NCBI GenBank assembly: GCA_019058365.1
Contig: JAHPZE010000010.1
Coordinates: 62,761 to 126,760, forward strand
DNA: 64,000 nucleotides
Direction of reading: 5' to 3'
Source: Promethearchaeota archaeon
GTDB taxonomy: Archaea > Asgardarchaeota > Lokiarchaeia > Sigyniarchaeales > SOKP01
This document shows, piece by piece, positions 1-10,939 of this stretch. The first letter of the stretch is position 1. Each line of letters begins with the position of its first letter. The position numbers and the translations under genes are program-made. A model generated the notes under the pieces. It did no database searches, had not been told where the DNA came from, and saw only the letters and a program-made list of their open reading frames with translations.

Positions 1-2
1 TT

Positions 3-572
3 ATGATCAATAAAATTAAAACTAAAGCTGAAGTAGGCAAATTGGATATTGACTTATTACAATTTCTAATCAATTCTGCCAAAAATGAGCTTGGGGGTAA
101 ATGCTTTCTAATTGTATATAAATACAACGAGATTTATTTAGGGCTAATAAATAATAATACGATTATGAAAGGTTACTTAGAACTGAATAGAGTAAATGTT
201 AAAAATGAACTAAATATCAATCATATTTTAGATCTAAGAATGTTTTGCGAGAAAGGAGAACTTCATTTATGGAAATATAATGATACTCTCCAATGGAGAT
301 TAAGAAAAGATGGGGAGGGGGAAGATTGTGATATATATGAAGAGGATCATTATATTTGGGGGACTAAAATCTCAGATGAAGATGAATTTTCAATTATTGA
401 AGAATGTCGAGGTATGCAATTAACATTTCCCTTTTCTTTAAAAGAGCAACCTTTACCTTTAAAATATAAAGTCCGAAATTATATAAAATATGATGGTGAC
501 GGATTAATAAATTTTATTGATTCTCGCATTGTTCATTTTATCAATAATAATGGAGGTGTCTTAAATTCCTAG
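3..572 (+). CDS. csx19: Type III-D CRISPR-associated protein Csx19
   Basis: Motifs LRMFCEKGELHLWK, HYIWGT and KVRNYIKYD..G...FIDSR; lies directly upstream of a Cas7-insertion RAMP. Confidence 0.8.
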   Translation: MINKIKTKAEVGKLDIDLLQFLINSAKNELGGKCFLIVYKYNEIYLGLINNNTIMKGYLELNRVNVKNELNINHILDLRMFCEKGELHLWKYNDTLQWRLRKDGEGEDCDIYEEDHYIWGTKISDEDEFSIIEECRGMQLTFPFSLKEQPLPLKYKVRNYIKYDGDGLINFIDSRIVHFINNNGGVLNS

Positions 573-2454
573 ATATACAAAATCTAATGAAACATTTGTA
601 AATCCTTACTTTTTCATACCATTGGAGAATAAATGTATAAAAACTTATAATTTAGAAGATATAATGAAAGATAAAGGATTATTAACAGGATGGATAGAAT
701 GTGAATTAGAAACCAAAACACCAATATTTATCCCAAATACGACTAATAATGATATATTCCATTTTAGAACTAAAAATAATGAACAAGTACAGAGTTACGA
801 ATTCTACTCCTACGAGGATCTAAGTGAGGAGAACAATCCCGATCGAACACCCTCAAAAAAACCTATTATCCCTGGCAGTGAAATAAGAGGGATGATTCGC
901 ACTTCTTTTGAAGCTGTAACTAATTCTTGTTTATCAACGATAAATGAGGGGCAAATTCTTTATAGAAGAGTTAGTATTCCAGCCGAGCCAGGGCGTATTG
1001 AAAGAAAAGATGATAATGCTTGGCAAATACAACCTTGTAATAAATATAAACTTAATATAAGGCGATTTCAACAAGAGATAAATGGATTTGTTGAAGGAGA
1101 GCCGATATCTTTTACTGCCAATCAAAAATTATATATTACAAAAATAAATAATCAAGGAACTGGTATAAAAGGTTACTTCCATCAAGGAGAGAAAATGGAT
1201 AGAAAAAATAATGAATCTGTATTTGTGCCTAATCTCGAAAAGACAGCCTTTCCAATTAGTTCAGATGCTTTAAAAAATTATTTAGAAAACTTAAAATTAT
1301 ATAGTGATAAAAACGTGAACCTTCATTATAAAGATAAAGAGCATACTGGATATAACAAAATAACCGCTAAAAAAGAGAATGATTTAGATGGAGCATTGAT
1401 ATATTATAAAGAATACAAAATACAATCAAATAATAAGACTTTCAGAAAATTATATTTATGTCCTGCGCAGATTGGACGCGAAATTTTTTATATGACTCTG
1501 AGTAAAGTCATTGGTACATATACACCTTGTAATTTGATGAAGGAATTATGTCAAGCTTGTTTATTATTTGGTTTTACCAGTTCAGAAGATCAATTAGCAT
1601 CAAGGATTCGTTTTTGTGATGCATTTCCAATTAAAGATATAACAAAGGAGGATTATTTTACTCAAGGAATCATAGATGAATTAGCTTCACCTAAATTAAC
1701 AGCGGCAGAATTCTACCTTAAGAAGTCTAGCGCAAAAGATAATTCCGAAGTTCATCTTTGGAATTATGATTACGCAGGGGGTTGGAAAAAAGAAAACAAG
1801 AAATATACAAATGAATTTATTACAATGCCTAATTATAAAGCAATGATTAAAGGGAGAAAATTTTATTGGCATCAAAAAAACAAAAAAATCAATCTGAAAG
1901 GTAAAGAAAGTGAAACTATTACAATAAGAAACATTGGTATTCGTCCTTTAAAACAAAATATTAAATTCTCATTTAAAGTATATTTCAATCATATACGAGA
2001 AGAAGAACTTAAAAAATTAATTTGGGTTTTAGAAATAGGAAATTATCAAAATAATGCCCACAAAATTGGAATGGGGAAATCCCTCGGGCTTGGGAGTGTT
2101 AGGATTAATGTTAAAGAGATAAAAACTCGTCGTATTAAAATAAAAAATAAAACGATTAATTATAAAATAAAAAATGATCTCAATGTTCTAAATGAAGTAA
2201 GGACATCAGAACATCCAAATGAATTTTTAGGATGTGAGAGCAATGTTTTGAATGCTTTTATAAGAATGACTAATTTCGAAGACTCCCCTCAAAATGTAAG
2301 TTATCCCATAAATATAGGGGAAGAATTTCATTATAAATGGTTTGTAGTTAATAAGAACTTTTTACCAGGTAGTACTGGGATGAGACCTATAATTAACCAA
2401 AGTTTACCTGAGAATGTAAATAATCCAAATTTATATAAATACCTAAGAAGATAA
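565..2454 (+). CDS. cas7: Type III-D Cas7-group RAMP with large insertion; probable ATT start at 565
   Basis: LETKTPIFIP, IPGSEIRGMIR, C..C.LFG, GRKFYWH and G-rich loop IGMGKSLGLG. The conserved FVNPYFF motif lies upstream of the listed TTG start (622); GGAGGTG SD at 552-558. Confidence 0.85.
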   Translation: MPRYTKSNETFVNPYFFIPLENKCIKTYNLEDIMKDKGLLTGWIECELETKTPIFIPNTTNNDIFHFRTKNNEQVQSYEFYSYEDLSEENNPDRTPSKKPIIPGSEIRGMIRTSFEAVTNSCLSTINEGQILYRRVSIPAEPGRIERKDDNAWQIQPCNKYKLNIRRFQQEINGFVEGEPISFTANQKLYITKINNQGTGIKGYFHQGEKMDRKNNESVFVPNLEKTAFPISSDALKNYLENLKLYSDKNVNLHYKDKEHTGYNKITAKKENDLDGALIYYKEYKIQSNNKTFRKLYLCPAQIGREIFYMTLSKVIGTYTPCNLMKELCQACLLFGFTSSEDQLASRIRFCDAFPIKDITKEDYFTQGIIDELASPKLTAAEFYLKKSSAKDNSEVHLWNYDYAGGWKKENKKYTNEFITMPNYKAMIKGRKFYWHQKNKKINLKGKESETITIRNIGIRPLKQNIKFSFKVYFNHIREEELKKLIWVLEIGNYQNNAHKIGMGKSLGLGSVRINVKEIKTRRIKIKNKTINYKIKNDLNVLNEVRTSEHPNEFLGCESNVLNAFIRMTNFEDSPQNVSYPINIGEEFHYKWFVVNKNFLPGSTGMRPIINQSLPENVNNPNLYKYLRR

Positions 2455-2517
2455 TATTATTTTCAAATTTTTTAAATTCTTGTAATCGTAGAACTAATTA
2501 ATAATTGAAGAATCATT

Positions 2518-3534
2518 ATGGTACAGAAAGATAACGTTTTGTTAATATCCTTAGGTCATTCTCCAGCGGTTATCCCAGAGACGCTCGATGCGTTATTAAA
2601 AAAAGATATTTATATCAAAAGAACATATATAGTCACGACTTCAGATGAGATGATACTAAATGATTGTATTCCTCTTATTGAGAAAGATTTTGCGAAGCAT
2701 TATAAATATAAGAAGAATATGGAATTATTTGCTTATAATTGTATTTTAACTAAGAATGATATTTATACGGAAGAGGACAATCTTGAAATAATGATTAATG
2801 TCGCAAAGATTTTCAAAAAGGAAAAGCAAAATAATATCTATATAAGTATAGCAGGTGGTCGGAAAACAATGTCAGCAGCAATGTCGCTTTTAGCGCAGAT
2901 ATATAGTGCAAGAGCTATTACACACGTGCTTGTATCACCTGAAATTGAAAGCGAGGGTTCAATATTTAAATTAAAGGAACATTCTCCAAAAGAAATCGAA
3001 GAGATTTTCCACCCGGATCCTGAAAATATGCGGTTAATCTTTTTTCCGGTTATAGGTATATCTTGGATGCTTTCAGATATGATAAATGCATTGCTTGAGA
3101 GTAAGGATAAAGTAATTCGAACTGATGTGACAGATATACTTAGATTAAATGGGTTGTTGGATGAAAATAATAAGCCAACTTTTTTGGGGCTGCAACTTCT
3201 TAAATTGTTAGACGATATAGAGAAATTTCCAGATATTTCTTTTAAGGAACCTAATCTGAAATTTAAGAAGGATGAGGGATCACATGCCCCTAGAGATTAT
3301 AATAAATTTGTAGCACGCTTAGCAAATATCCCTTTTATTGAATCAATTATCGGTGTAAAATTCATTAATTCACCAAAAACACAGATAAATAATTGTTTAT
3401 CCAATGGAACTATTAACTGTCAATATTCTGATGGGGATAAAGCATATGTTTTAAAAATTCTTACAACTGCAACAACCAGCGGCGAAGTAGAATTAGTAAA
3501 GAATTATCTTAAAAAATTTTTTGTAAAGATCTAG
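2518..3534 (+). CDS. CARF (NE0113/ring-nuclease-like) + wHTH + C-terminal alpha/beta domain
   Basis: SLGHSPAVIPE and SIAGGRKTMS CARF motifs; PTFLG wing; ~95-aa C-terminal domain ending KILTTA..E..L. Confidence 0.8.
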   Translation: MVQKDNVLLISLGHSPAVIPETLDALLKKDIYIKRTYIVTTSDEMILNDCIPLIEKDFAKHYKYKKNMELFAYNCILTKNDIYTEEDNLEIMINVAKIFKKEKQNNIYISIAGGRKTMSAAMSLLAQIYSARAITHVLVSPEIESEGSIFKLKEHSPKEIEEIFHPDPENMRLIFFPVIGISWMLSDMINALLESKDKVIRTDVTDILRLNGLLDENNKPTFLGLQLLKLLDDIEKFPDISFKEPNLKFKKDEGSHAPRDYNKFVARLANIPFIESIIGVKFINSPKTQINNCLSNGTINCQYSDGDKAYVLKILTTATTSGEVELVKNYLKKFFVKI

Positions 3535-3791
3535 ATTAGAGCATTACATTTTCAGTATTTAGTTGCTAAAAATTATTAAAGAATAAATATATAAAGTATA
3601 AAAGGAAATAAAAATATAAAAAACCATTGAACTGTATTCTTTTCTATGCAGAAATGATTCTAGATTTTGGTTTTAAAATAATAGTTTGTGCTATATTGCT
3701 TATTCGATATTTCACCATAAAGTTTATTAGAAAGAAGTGATAATATTTATTTATACCACTAAATAAACTATTTCCTATCTCAGTTAAGAGA

Positions 3792-5071
3792 TTGGGAATT
3801 AAATCACTTCTCTCTAATGAATATATGCTGTCCTTTTTTAAAAGGTTTTGTGATGCAATCACATCTCGCATGCGGATATTCAAAAGGGCTAGAAATGCGA
3901 GATATGAGGTTATTGACTTTCTTGAAGTGTTTTTTCTCTCGAAAATTATTGGCAGATCCATTTATGACACCAGTAAGATGCTCAACAAGTACCTTTTAAG
4001 TAAGAAGAAAGGAAAACCAAAAATTTTTACGGACAGACGAAAAAAACGATCTATTCCACACCAAACTGGGGGCAATAAATATTTACGTAAGATTGGATTG
4101 AATAAAGCTCGCAATATTTTGCGAGAATGCCTGGATACCCAATTAAAGGAAGCTTTGGATCAAGGGTTGATGTCTAATAGAGTAAACGTTTTAATCAATT
4201 TTATAGAGCATCCTTACTATGGAATGAGAGAGGATAAAATGATTAAAGGCACAAATCGGCAGAAGAGGACAATAAGATGCGCCATTACCTAGAATTTTCG
4301 ATTTTATCGCGAGAAATCCATCTTTACGCAGGATTGGAGCAGGTCGAAACAGGTAGATCTAAGATTCCAATCATAATTAAGTTTTTTGATTATTTGCTTG
4401 ATTTAAGATTCGAGTTGAATTATGTGTTGATGGATCGAGAATTCTATCGGACCGAACTCTTGGATGAAATAAAGGGAATGGGCGGCAATGTTTTGATATC
4501 TGCTAAGGTATATAAGAAAGTTAAGAAAATCATTGAGGAATATTTGAATGGAGAAGGTAATCGGGTAAGAATTTACACGATTTCAAGCAATTCTGCTGCA
4601 AAACACCGATTTTTCCAGAATGTTTACTTGATAATAAAGGCAAAACGAGGGTTTTCCCTTCAGGGTATCAAGAAAGACTACCAGAGCGGAAGAATACCGC
4701 TAAAGGTTGGTCGGACTAGATTATTCACAATAATGATTACTTAGAAGCCAAAAGGAAAGACATGTTCTTGGGTGTCTCGAACATCATTCTTTTACAAACG
4801 AAGATGGCTAATTGAAACTGGTTTTTCCGACTTAAATCGAATTAATCGTCGATGGAAGTCAAATCATGATAATTTGAGATATTTAGATATATTAGCTCGA
4901 ACGCTTATTCATAATTCGTGGAAAATGAACAGAAAGCTAATCAGAATGAGATCAAGAAAAGGAGGAAAAATAAACAAATGGATGCTAGCTAAAAACCAAG
5001 ATTACCTAAGGCAAACTTTTCTTTCAATAGAGAAAAAATCATGGGGGGGTAATCTGATATCTTCAGAATAA
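3792..5071 (+). mobile_element. Inactivated IS4-superfamily (ISH3-like) DDE transposase in three fragments
   Basis: LMDREFY and YKRRWLIETGF motifs; frameshift near 4280 and stop at 4742-4744; element ends not identified. Confidence 0.8.
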
Positions 5072-5168
5072 TGTCGACACGCCGATCATGAGAAAATAAA
5101 TAAAAAAAAATAAATACTTAAATACTATATATAAAAAGACTTGAAAATAAGACAGAAGATGAGGTTTC

Positions 5169-5942
5169 ATGAAAAATATATTTCTAATTTCTTCATTAGG
5201 GCTTTCTCCTGGGGTGATAACGGGCACGATTGATGCCCTTCAATATGGAGAATTAGGGGAATCGTATAATCCAAAGTTTATAGCTATCATAACGACGGAT
5301 AATGAGTTAACGAGTTTATCTTTAGAGGTGGTGGAATATAATATTCAAAAGCATAACCCGCACATCCAAATTTGCCCTTATATTATAAAAGGACTTTCTG
5401 ACATAAATATCATTGAGGATAACAATAAAGTTATGCGAGAGTTCGTTGCAGCCATAAAAGGGGGTGAGTTAATGAAAAAAAGAGACGCTGTAGAAGAAAT
5501 TCATGTGAATATAGCTGGAGGGCGGAAGATTATATCGGGACTTTTTGCTACCTTATCGAATATATTTCCCGTGGATATGGTTTATCATTTAATAACGACT
5601 CCTGAAATTGAGCAGCAGGGATTTATTAAGAATTTTTTAAGTTCGGATAATTCTATAAATATAGAGAAGTTAGATTCGGAAGCCAGTAAAGGGATTTTTC
5701 ATCCGAAAACGAAAAATCTGCCCACATTCTCGGTGGAAATTCCTATATTACATTCGATAAATTTTGATGATCTATTGGAGCTTTCATCCCAAATACTGAG
5801 TAATAAGGCAATATCTGACCATTATCTCATAAATTTAATGTTGTGACAAGGAATTTTAATAAGACAGGCGCATAATAAATATAAGGTCACACAGAAGGGG
5901 AGGGTATTATTTGATCTTTTCATTAACTATAAGAAGGTGTAA
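5169..5942 (+). pseudogene. CARF + wHTH protein with in-frame TGA at 5844-5846
   Basis: SLGLSPGVIT and NIAGGRK; the frame continues past TGA as QGILIRQAHNKYKVTQKGRVLF (wHTH wing) to TAA 5940-5942. Confidence 0.7.
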
Positions 5943-6025
5943 GATTTTCGTAAGCTGAGAGCAAATTTTATTGAAGATTGTTACGCTATTTTTTATTGAA
6001 TTCTAAATTCTAAATGAATAATCGA

Positions 6026-6997
6026 TTAAGTTACTTTTTGTACATTGAAGGATGTAATTAGATCGCCTTGATATAAAATGTGCTTATTTTTAGCCCAATT
6101 TTTCCATTCAGAAAAGCTATCAACATCAATAGTGAGTTCAAGTTCTTTAATGATTTGGAAGCCATTTCCTTTGTAGACTTTTTCTTTATCCCTTAAATCA
6201 AAATTGATTAAATTAGCGGATTGCAGTTTTTTCAGATACTGATGATTAATTTTATAATGGTCTAAAATTTTTAGGATTTCCTTTTTGTTAATAATTAGGC
6301 GATTCAAAAAGAGATGTTCGATCTCTCGTAATATCTCGTGTTCTAACCCGATCCAGAAAAAGGGCAGTTCCTGCCAGTTTTTAGGGGGAATGGGAATTAG
6401 AGGATTCTCAAAATCTGGTTTTGCAATATCAGGATGAATTCTAGAGATCATTTCTTGAAAAATATAAATGAACTTCGTTCCTATTCCCGTTAGGCATGAA
6501 GATAAAAATAATGATAAATTAATCTGGTTTGCTCCACCAACCAAGTTTATCCATACTTCTTTTCTATTTAAAGCTTTTATTGTAGTATAAACTTTTTCAT
6601 AGCAGTCCTTAAAATCGTTATGATTTACAGCAACAAAAAAGATATCCTCAATTTTATTAAAAAGATCAGTAAGATCACATTTATTTATTAAAAAATTTAA
6701 AGATTTCAAAATTATATGAGGTACTTTTTTTTGTTTATTTATTCTAAGATTGAACCAATCATCTTGTAAGTCATCGAAAGGAGGTATAATCCCTTCAATT
6801 ACTTCTTTTGATGTAAAAAAGATGATACATTGAGGAGAACCTTTATCACTTTCATCAACTTCTCCTGAATGTTTAAAAAAATCAAGAGCCTCAGGATTTG
6901 CCTTTCTTGCCATTTTAAGCATGAGATAAATGTAATGAAGAGGGACAGTTGCAGAACCGGGGCTCCTTCCTACTCCTGATAGATAGTAAATACCCAT
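6026..6997 (-). CDS. Divergent CARF + wHTH protein
   Basis: SGVGRSPG N-terminal motif and VWINLVGGANQI CARF motif; C-terminal wHTH-like region. Confidence 0.65.
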   Translation of the reverse strand: MGIYYLSGVGRSPGSATVPLHYIYLMLKMARKANPEALDFFKHSGEVDESDKGSPQCIIFFTSKEVIEGIIPPFDDLQDDWFNLRINKQKKVPHIILKSLNFLINKCDLTDLFNKIEDIFFVAVNHNDFKDCYEKVYTTIKALNRKEVWINLVGGANQINLSLFLSSCLTGIGTKFIYIFQEMISRIHPDIAKPDFENPLIPIPPKNWQELPFFWIGLEHEILREIEHLFLNRLIINKKEILKILDHYKINHQYLKKLQSANLINFDLRDKEKVYKGNGFQIIKELELTIDVDSFSEWKNWAKNKHILYQGDLITSFNVQKVT

Positions 6998-7222
6998 TCA
7001 ATATTCACCTTTATCTTAAATTTATAAATTTAAATGGGATCAAATGGATTTAAATGTTTTTGTCTGTTAATTATGTTCTTATCTTTGCAGTCAGGTCATT
7101 CAGAATTATAGAAAAATTTTCAAAGTATAATAAGGTCTTGGGAGTTTTTAAATCTGAAATTCTTAAAGGAATAACCAAGTATCAATAATCATAATAGTAA
7201 AAAATAAACTTGATCTTAAACA

Positions 7223-8803
7223 TTGATATTTATGAATAATATAAATCCAAAAGATGAAATTTTACGATTGGATTCAGAAATTCGCAATAGGGTAAATCAG
7301 ATAAAAGAGTTGAAAGTGAATGACCCGCACGGAGACGATTCTCAATTACGGCATAAGTTATGGGAGCTCAGTAAAAAGAAATTTATTTTGGAATCAAAAA
7401 GCGATCCCGAGTTTAAGAAGTATCGAGCAATCATTTTTACGGTGGGTTTTTCACCGGAGCCGATTATCCTTAACATTTTAGCGAATGAGCTGGAATATAT
7501 TTATTTCATCTATACTAAGGAATCAGAGAAATATATCGATGTGGTGCTTGCAGAGACGGGGATTAAAGCATCGCAATATCAAAAAGCTCAAATCCCGCGG
7601 GAATCGGCAGCGGATTCTTATCGTCTTGTAAAAAAAGGAGTGAAATTTTTAATCGAGGAGAGAGGCTTAAAGAAGGACGAGATTGGATTGGATCCGACGG
7701 GAGGTACGAAAATTATGAGCGTGGGGTGTGGAATTGCGGCATCTATTTTTGATCTTAACATTTTATATATAAATAACGAGAAGTATAATCCCGAATCTCG
7801 CCGTCCTGAGCCTGGTTCAGAAATCTTGGTAAGCGTATCAAATCCGTTTGATATTTATCAAGATGATAAGATCTACGATGGTTTAAAATACTTGAATAGA
7901 TTAAATTTTAGTTTTGCAAGGGAGATTTTTTATTCTATAAAGGACTCGTCTAGTAATCCATTGTTTCCAGATCTAATTGCAACAATCGCGGAGATCTTGT
8001 ATAATTGGGATGCGATAAATTATTCTGGGGCTTTAAGTAGCATCGACAGAGCGCGGAAAATTATGAAGAAATTAAGCGTTAAAATTTCTAAAATATATGA
8101 TGCTCTTATAAATATTTTAGATTCGTGGAAGAAATATTTGAATATTATAGACGCTCAGATTAAGAGGGGTAGATCCGAAGTAGAAAAAATATCCTCTTTA
8201 TTAATATTTGACATAAAAGAAAATGCAGATCGAGAATTTTTCAAATCTAGTTATAATAATGCGGCGTTAAAGTATTATCGTGTGATGGAGATGATTAACC
8301 AATATATTTTGTTGAAACAATATAATCTGGATACCCAAGAACCGAAATTAGAGAATCTTCCTGAATCTGTTATTCAAAAATTATTAGGGGGAGCAGTTTC
8401 AAGAGGAATTGATCAAAAAAATCCTGAAAAGATAATATTAAAAAAATATAATGAAATATGGGCATATTTATATGAAAAAACTGATCAGAAAGAACCTTAT
8501 AAGGAAGGAACACTTCTTCCGCGGAAAATTGGGCTTCTTGCGGGAATAATACTAAGGTATATTTTTGGAGATGGACTGATCGGGCGAGATCTCATATTTG
8601 AGATATTAACTGCTATAGAAAAGCGTAATTTATCCATCTTTGCACATGGAATTGTCTCTGTCAGTAAAAAAGATTGCGAACGTTTAAAAAATATTGCAGA
8701 GACGATGATTCAAGGAATTGAAATCAATCAAGAGGTAAAAGCAATGGTGTTCAATATCTCCAGTATGAAGCAATTGACAGAGTTATTTAAAAAGATCATA
8801 TAA
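7223..8803 (+). CDS. Csm6/Csx1-like CARF-HEPN ribonuclease
   Basis: TVGFSPEPI and DPTGGTKIMS (CARF); KRNLSIFAHG (HEPN R-x-H motif). Confidence 0.85.
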   Translation: MIFMNNINPKDEILRLDSEIRNRVNQIKELKVNDPHGDDSQLRHKLWELSKKKFILESKSDPEFKKYRAIIFTVGFSPEPIILNILANELEYIYFIYTKESEKYIDVVLAETGIKASQYQKAQIPRESAADSYRLVKKGVKFLIEERGLKKDEIGLDPTGGTKIMSVGCGIAASIFDLNILYINNEKYNPESRRPEPGSEILVSVSNPFDIYQDDKIYDGLKYLNRLNFSFAREIFYSIKDSSSNPLFPDLIATIAEILYNWDAINYSGALSSIDRARKIMKKLSVKISKIYDALINILDSWKKYLNIIDAQIKRGRSEVEKISSLLIFDIKENADREFFKSSYNNAALKYYRVMEMINQYILLKQYNLDTQEPKLENLPESVIQKLLGGAVSRGIDQKNPEKIILKKYNEIWAYLYEKTDQKEPYKEGTLLPRKIGLLAGIILRYIFGDGLIGRDLIFEILTAIEKRNLSIFAHGIVSVSKKDCERLKNIAETMIQGIEINQEVKAMVFNISSMKQLTELFKKII

Positions 8804-9182
8804 TAAAAGGTCCACGGCCAACTCTTCTCCCAAGAGAGGTGGTAGTAAGGACCATAAGTTTTAGATGAGACCATGAAGAAAAAGATTTATTTAGATTTTA
8901 AATACCACCGTCTTTTTAGTTTTTTCTTCTGCTTCTTACTTTTCATTTTCTGCTTTTGAAGGAAGAATCTTTCAGAAAGAATTGAGATTTGACATCAATA
9001 ATTTTTGACGGTTTTGGCAATAAGATAAATATGATGGAGAGAAACCTTTATTTCAGGAATATCACAGCCAAAAATATGAATACTACTTAAATAATTTAAA
9101 TTGGTCGTATTACAAAATCAAAACGTAAATAGTTTTATATAAGCTCTTTACTTATGTATTAATATAGAGAGGTAGAATTGGA

Positions 9183-9920
9183 ATGAAATGGTTACCTAAA
9201 TGGATTGGTAAAGTGTATTGCAAAATATGGGCAGAGTTTGGTGAAACCTTGTTTTATTTCGAGGATATTCAAAAATTATGCGGGAAATATACACCCAATT
9301 ATCTGAGTGAACTTAAAAAAGCTCAAGTCCTTAGTATCTTTGGAAAAAGAGCAAGAAAGAAAGTCTATAGATTGGTGCCACCTGATTGTTATGTCTTTTC
9401 ATTGGCCAATGATATTGACTTAAAATGGTTAAAGCAAGGAATTTATACAAATCTTATTCTAAAACTTTTTATGGTGCTAAAAGAAAAATTTACATTAAAT
9501 ATACATTCTTTTGGTATTTTTGGCTCAGTCGCCAGAAATTGCGCTAAAAGAGAGAGCGATTTAGATATCATCATAATATTCAAAGATATTGAAGGAACTA
9601 TAAGTCAACGGTTAGATCTATTGAGTACAGTTGAGGATTCTGGAACTATTAGACAGGAGATTGAATTTTTAAGAGCACAGTCGCAATTTCCTAGAATTAG
9701 TTATTATCCGCGTAATGAGGCAGAATTAAGGTTAAATTTTTTTACCATTGATATAGCATTTGATTTGAAAATTTTATTTGACATAGGTATTCTTTCGAAA
9801 TTTTTATTAGCAATACAGAAAAAAATTGAGGAAAGAGGAATACAAAGAAAATATTTGGATAATGAGAAATATTATTTGGATTTAAATTTAAAATCAGGAG
9901 AGGTATTTGAATTTGAATAA
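9183..9920 (+). CDS. wHTH + minimal nucleotidyltransferase (MNT) antitoxin
   Basis: FGSVAR..AKRESDLD MNT motif; N-terminal wHTH-like ~75 aa; overlaps the HEPN gene. Confidence 0.8.
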   Translation: MKWLPKWIGKVYCKIWAEFGETLFYFEDIQKLCGKYTPNYLSELKKAQVLSIFGKRARKKVYRLVPPDCYVFSLANDIDLKWLKQGIYTNLILKLFMVLKEKFTLNIHSFGIFGSVARNCAKRESDLDIIIIFKDIEGTISQRLDLLSTVEDSGTIRQEIEFLRAQSQFPRISYYPRNEAELRLNFFTIDIAFDLKILFDIGILSKFLLAIQKKIEERGIQRKYLDNEKYYLDLNLKSGEVFEFE

Positions 9921-10362
9921 TAGAGAGTTTGCTAAAGATTATTTAAACGAATCAAAATTGAGATTGGAGACTGCGGAGTTAGCAATGAACAAAAAAGCGT
10001 ACGCTTTTTGCGTACGGCAATCTCAAGAAGTGGTGGAACTTTCCTTAAAAGCTGCTTTGAGAATGATTGGTATCGATTTTCCTAAATGGCATGATGTGAG
10101 TCCTGTATTAATAAATGAACAAGAAAAATTTCCTGATTTTTTTCAAGAAGGCATTTTAGAATTAAAAGATATTTCTATCGCTTTAGCAAAAAAAAGAGAG
10201 CTTTCCATGTATGGTGATGAAATAAGTGCTCGCTCTCCCTCAAAAGTCTTTAGTAATAAAGATGCTGAAGTGGCGTTAAGAGATGCAAAATTTTGTTATC
10301 AGAGAGTAGAAGAGTTGTTTGAGAAATTGCAAGATGTAAATAATAATGAAGATATAGAATAA
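9907..10362 (+). CDS. HEPN-domain protein (MNT-HEPN pair)
   Basis: SQEVVELSLKA, PKWHDV and RELSMYG motifs. Confidence 0.85.
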   Translation: MNLNNREFAKDYLNESKLRLETAELAMNKKAYAFCVRQSQEVVELSLKAALRMIGIDFPKWHDVSPVLINEQEKFPDFFQEGILELKDISIALAKKRELSMYGDEISARSPSKVFSNKDAEVALRDAKFCYQRVEELFEKLQDVNNNEDIE

Positions 10363-10399
10363 GCAAGAATTAAGAATACACGAGAGAATTAATCAATAA

Positions 10400-10842
10400 C
10401 GAAATTAATAGGACTCTAAAAATCTATTAAATATTTTTTTAAACATGGTAGAAAGTGATATAGATATGGCAATCTTAGATAGATATAATGAAATATAGAC
10501 GTTTATATATGATAAAAAAGGTTTGAGAGACGATTCTACGAAAGGAACGCTTTCTACCACGAAAAATTGGTTTAATTGCCAGATTGGTTATAAGACATAT
10601 TTTTAGAGAAGAACTATTAGATCAAGATTTTATTTTAAATGCTTACACGACAATATACAAATGAAATAAATCTATTTTTGCGCACGGGATTGTTTCTGTT
10701 AACAAGAGAGTGTGTGAACACCTTAAAAATATTACAGAAATTTTGCTTAAGGGGTTTAAGATTGAGCAAGACACTCAAAAAAAAATTGTGTAGCCAATCA
10801 AGCCTGAAGAAATTGACCGAGTTGTTTACAATGATTATATAA
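10400..10842 (+). pseudogene. Decayed 3' remnant of a paralog of the 7223-8803 CARF-HEPN gene
   Basis: Aligns by eye to ~8400-8803 (LPRKIGL, SIFAHGIVSV, SLKKLTELF); the HEPN Arg codon is TGA; several frameshifts. Confidence 0.8.
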
Positions 10843-10939
10843 AGAGAAGATTTAGCTGAAAATTGCTGTTTTTACAGGAGATTTCTAAGGTACAAAAAAT
10901 AGAATTAAAAGCGGGATGTTATTTTTAATAGAGCTAATA

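Noticed and set aside
5844-5846. In-frame TGA in a CARF gene as selenocysteine
   Set aside because: Lies in a wHTH helix with no Cys-type catalytic context and no recognisable SECIS; CGA>TGA nonsense is simpler
10639-10842. 67-aa ORF as an independent gene
   Set aside because: Mostly an out-of-frame reading of the CARF-HEPN remnant
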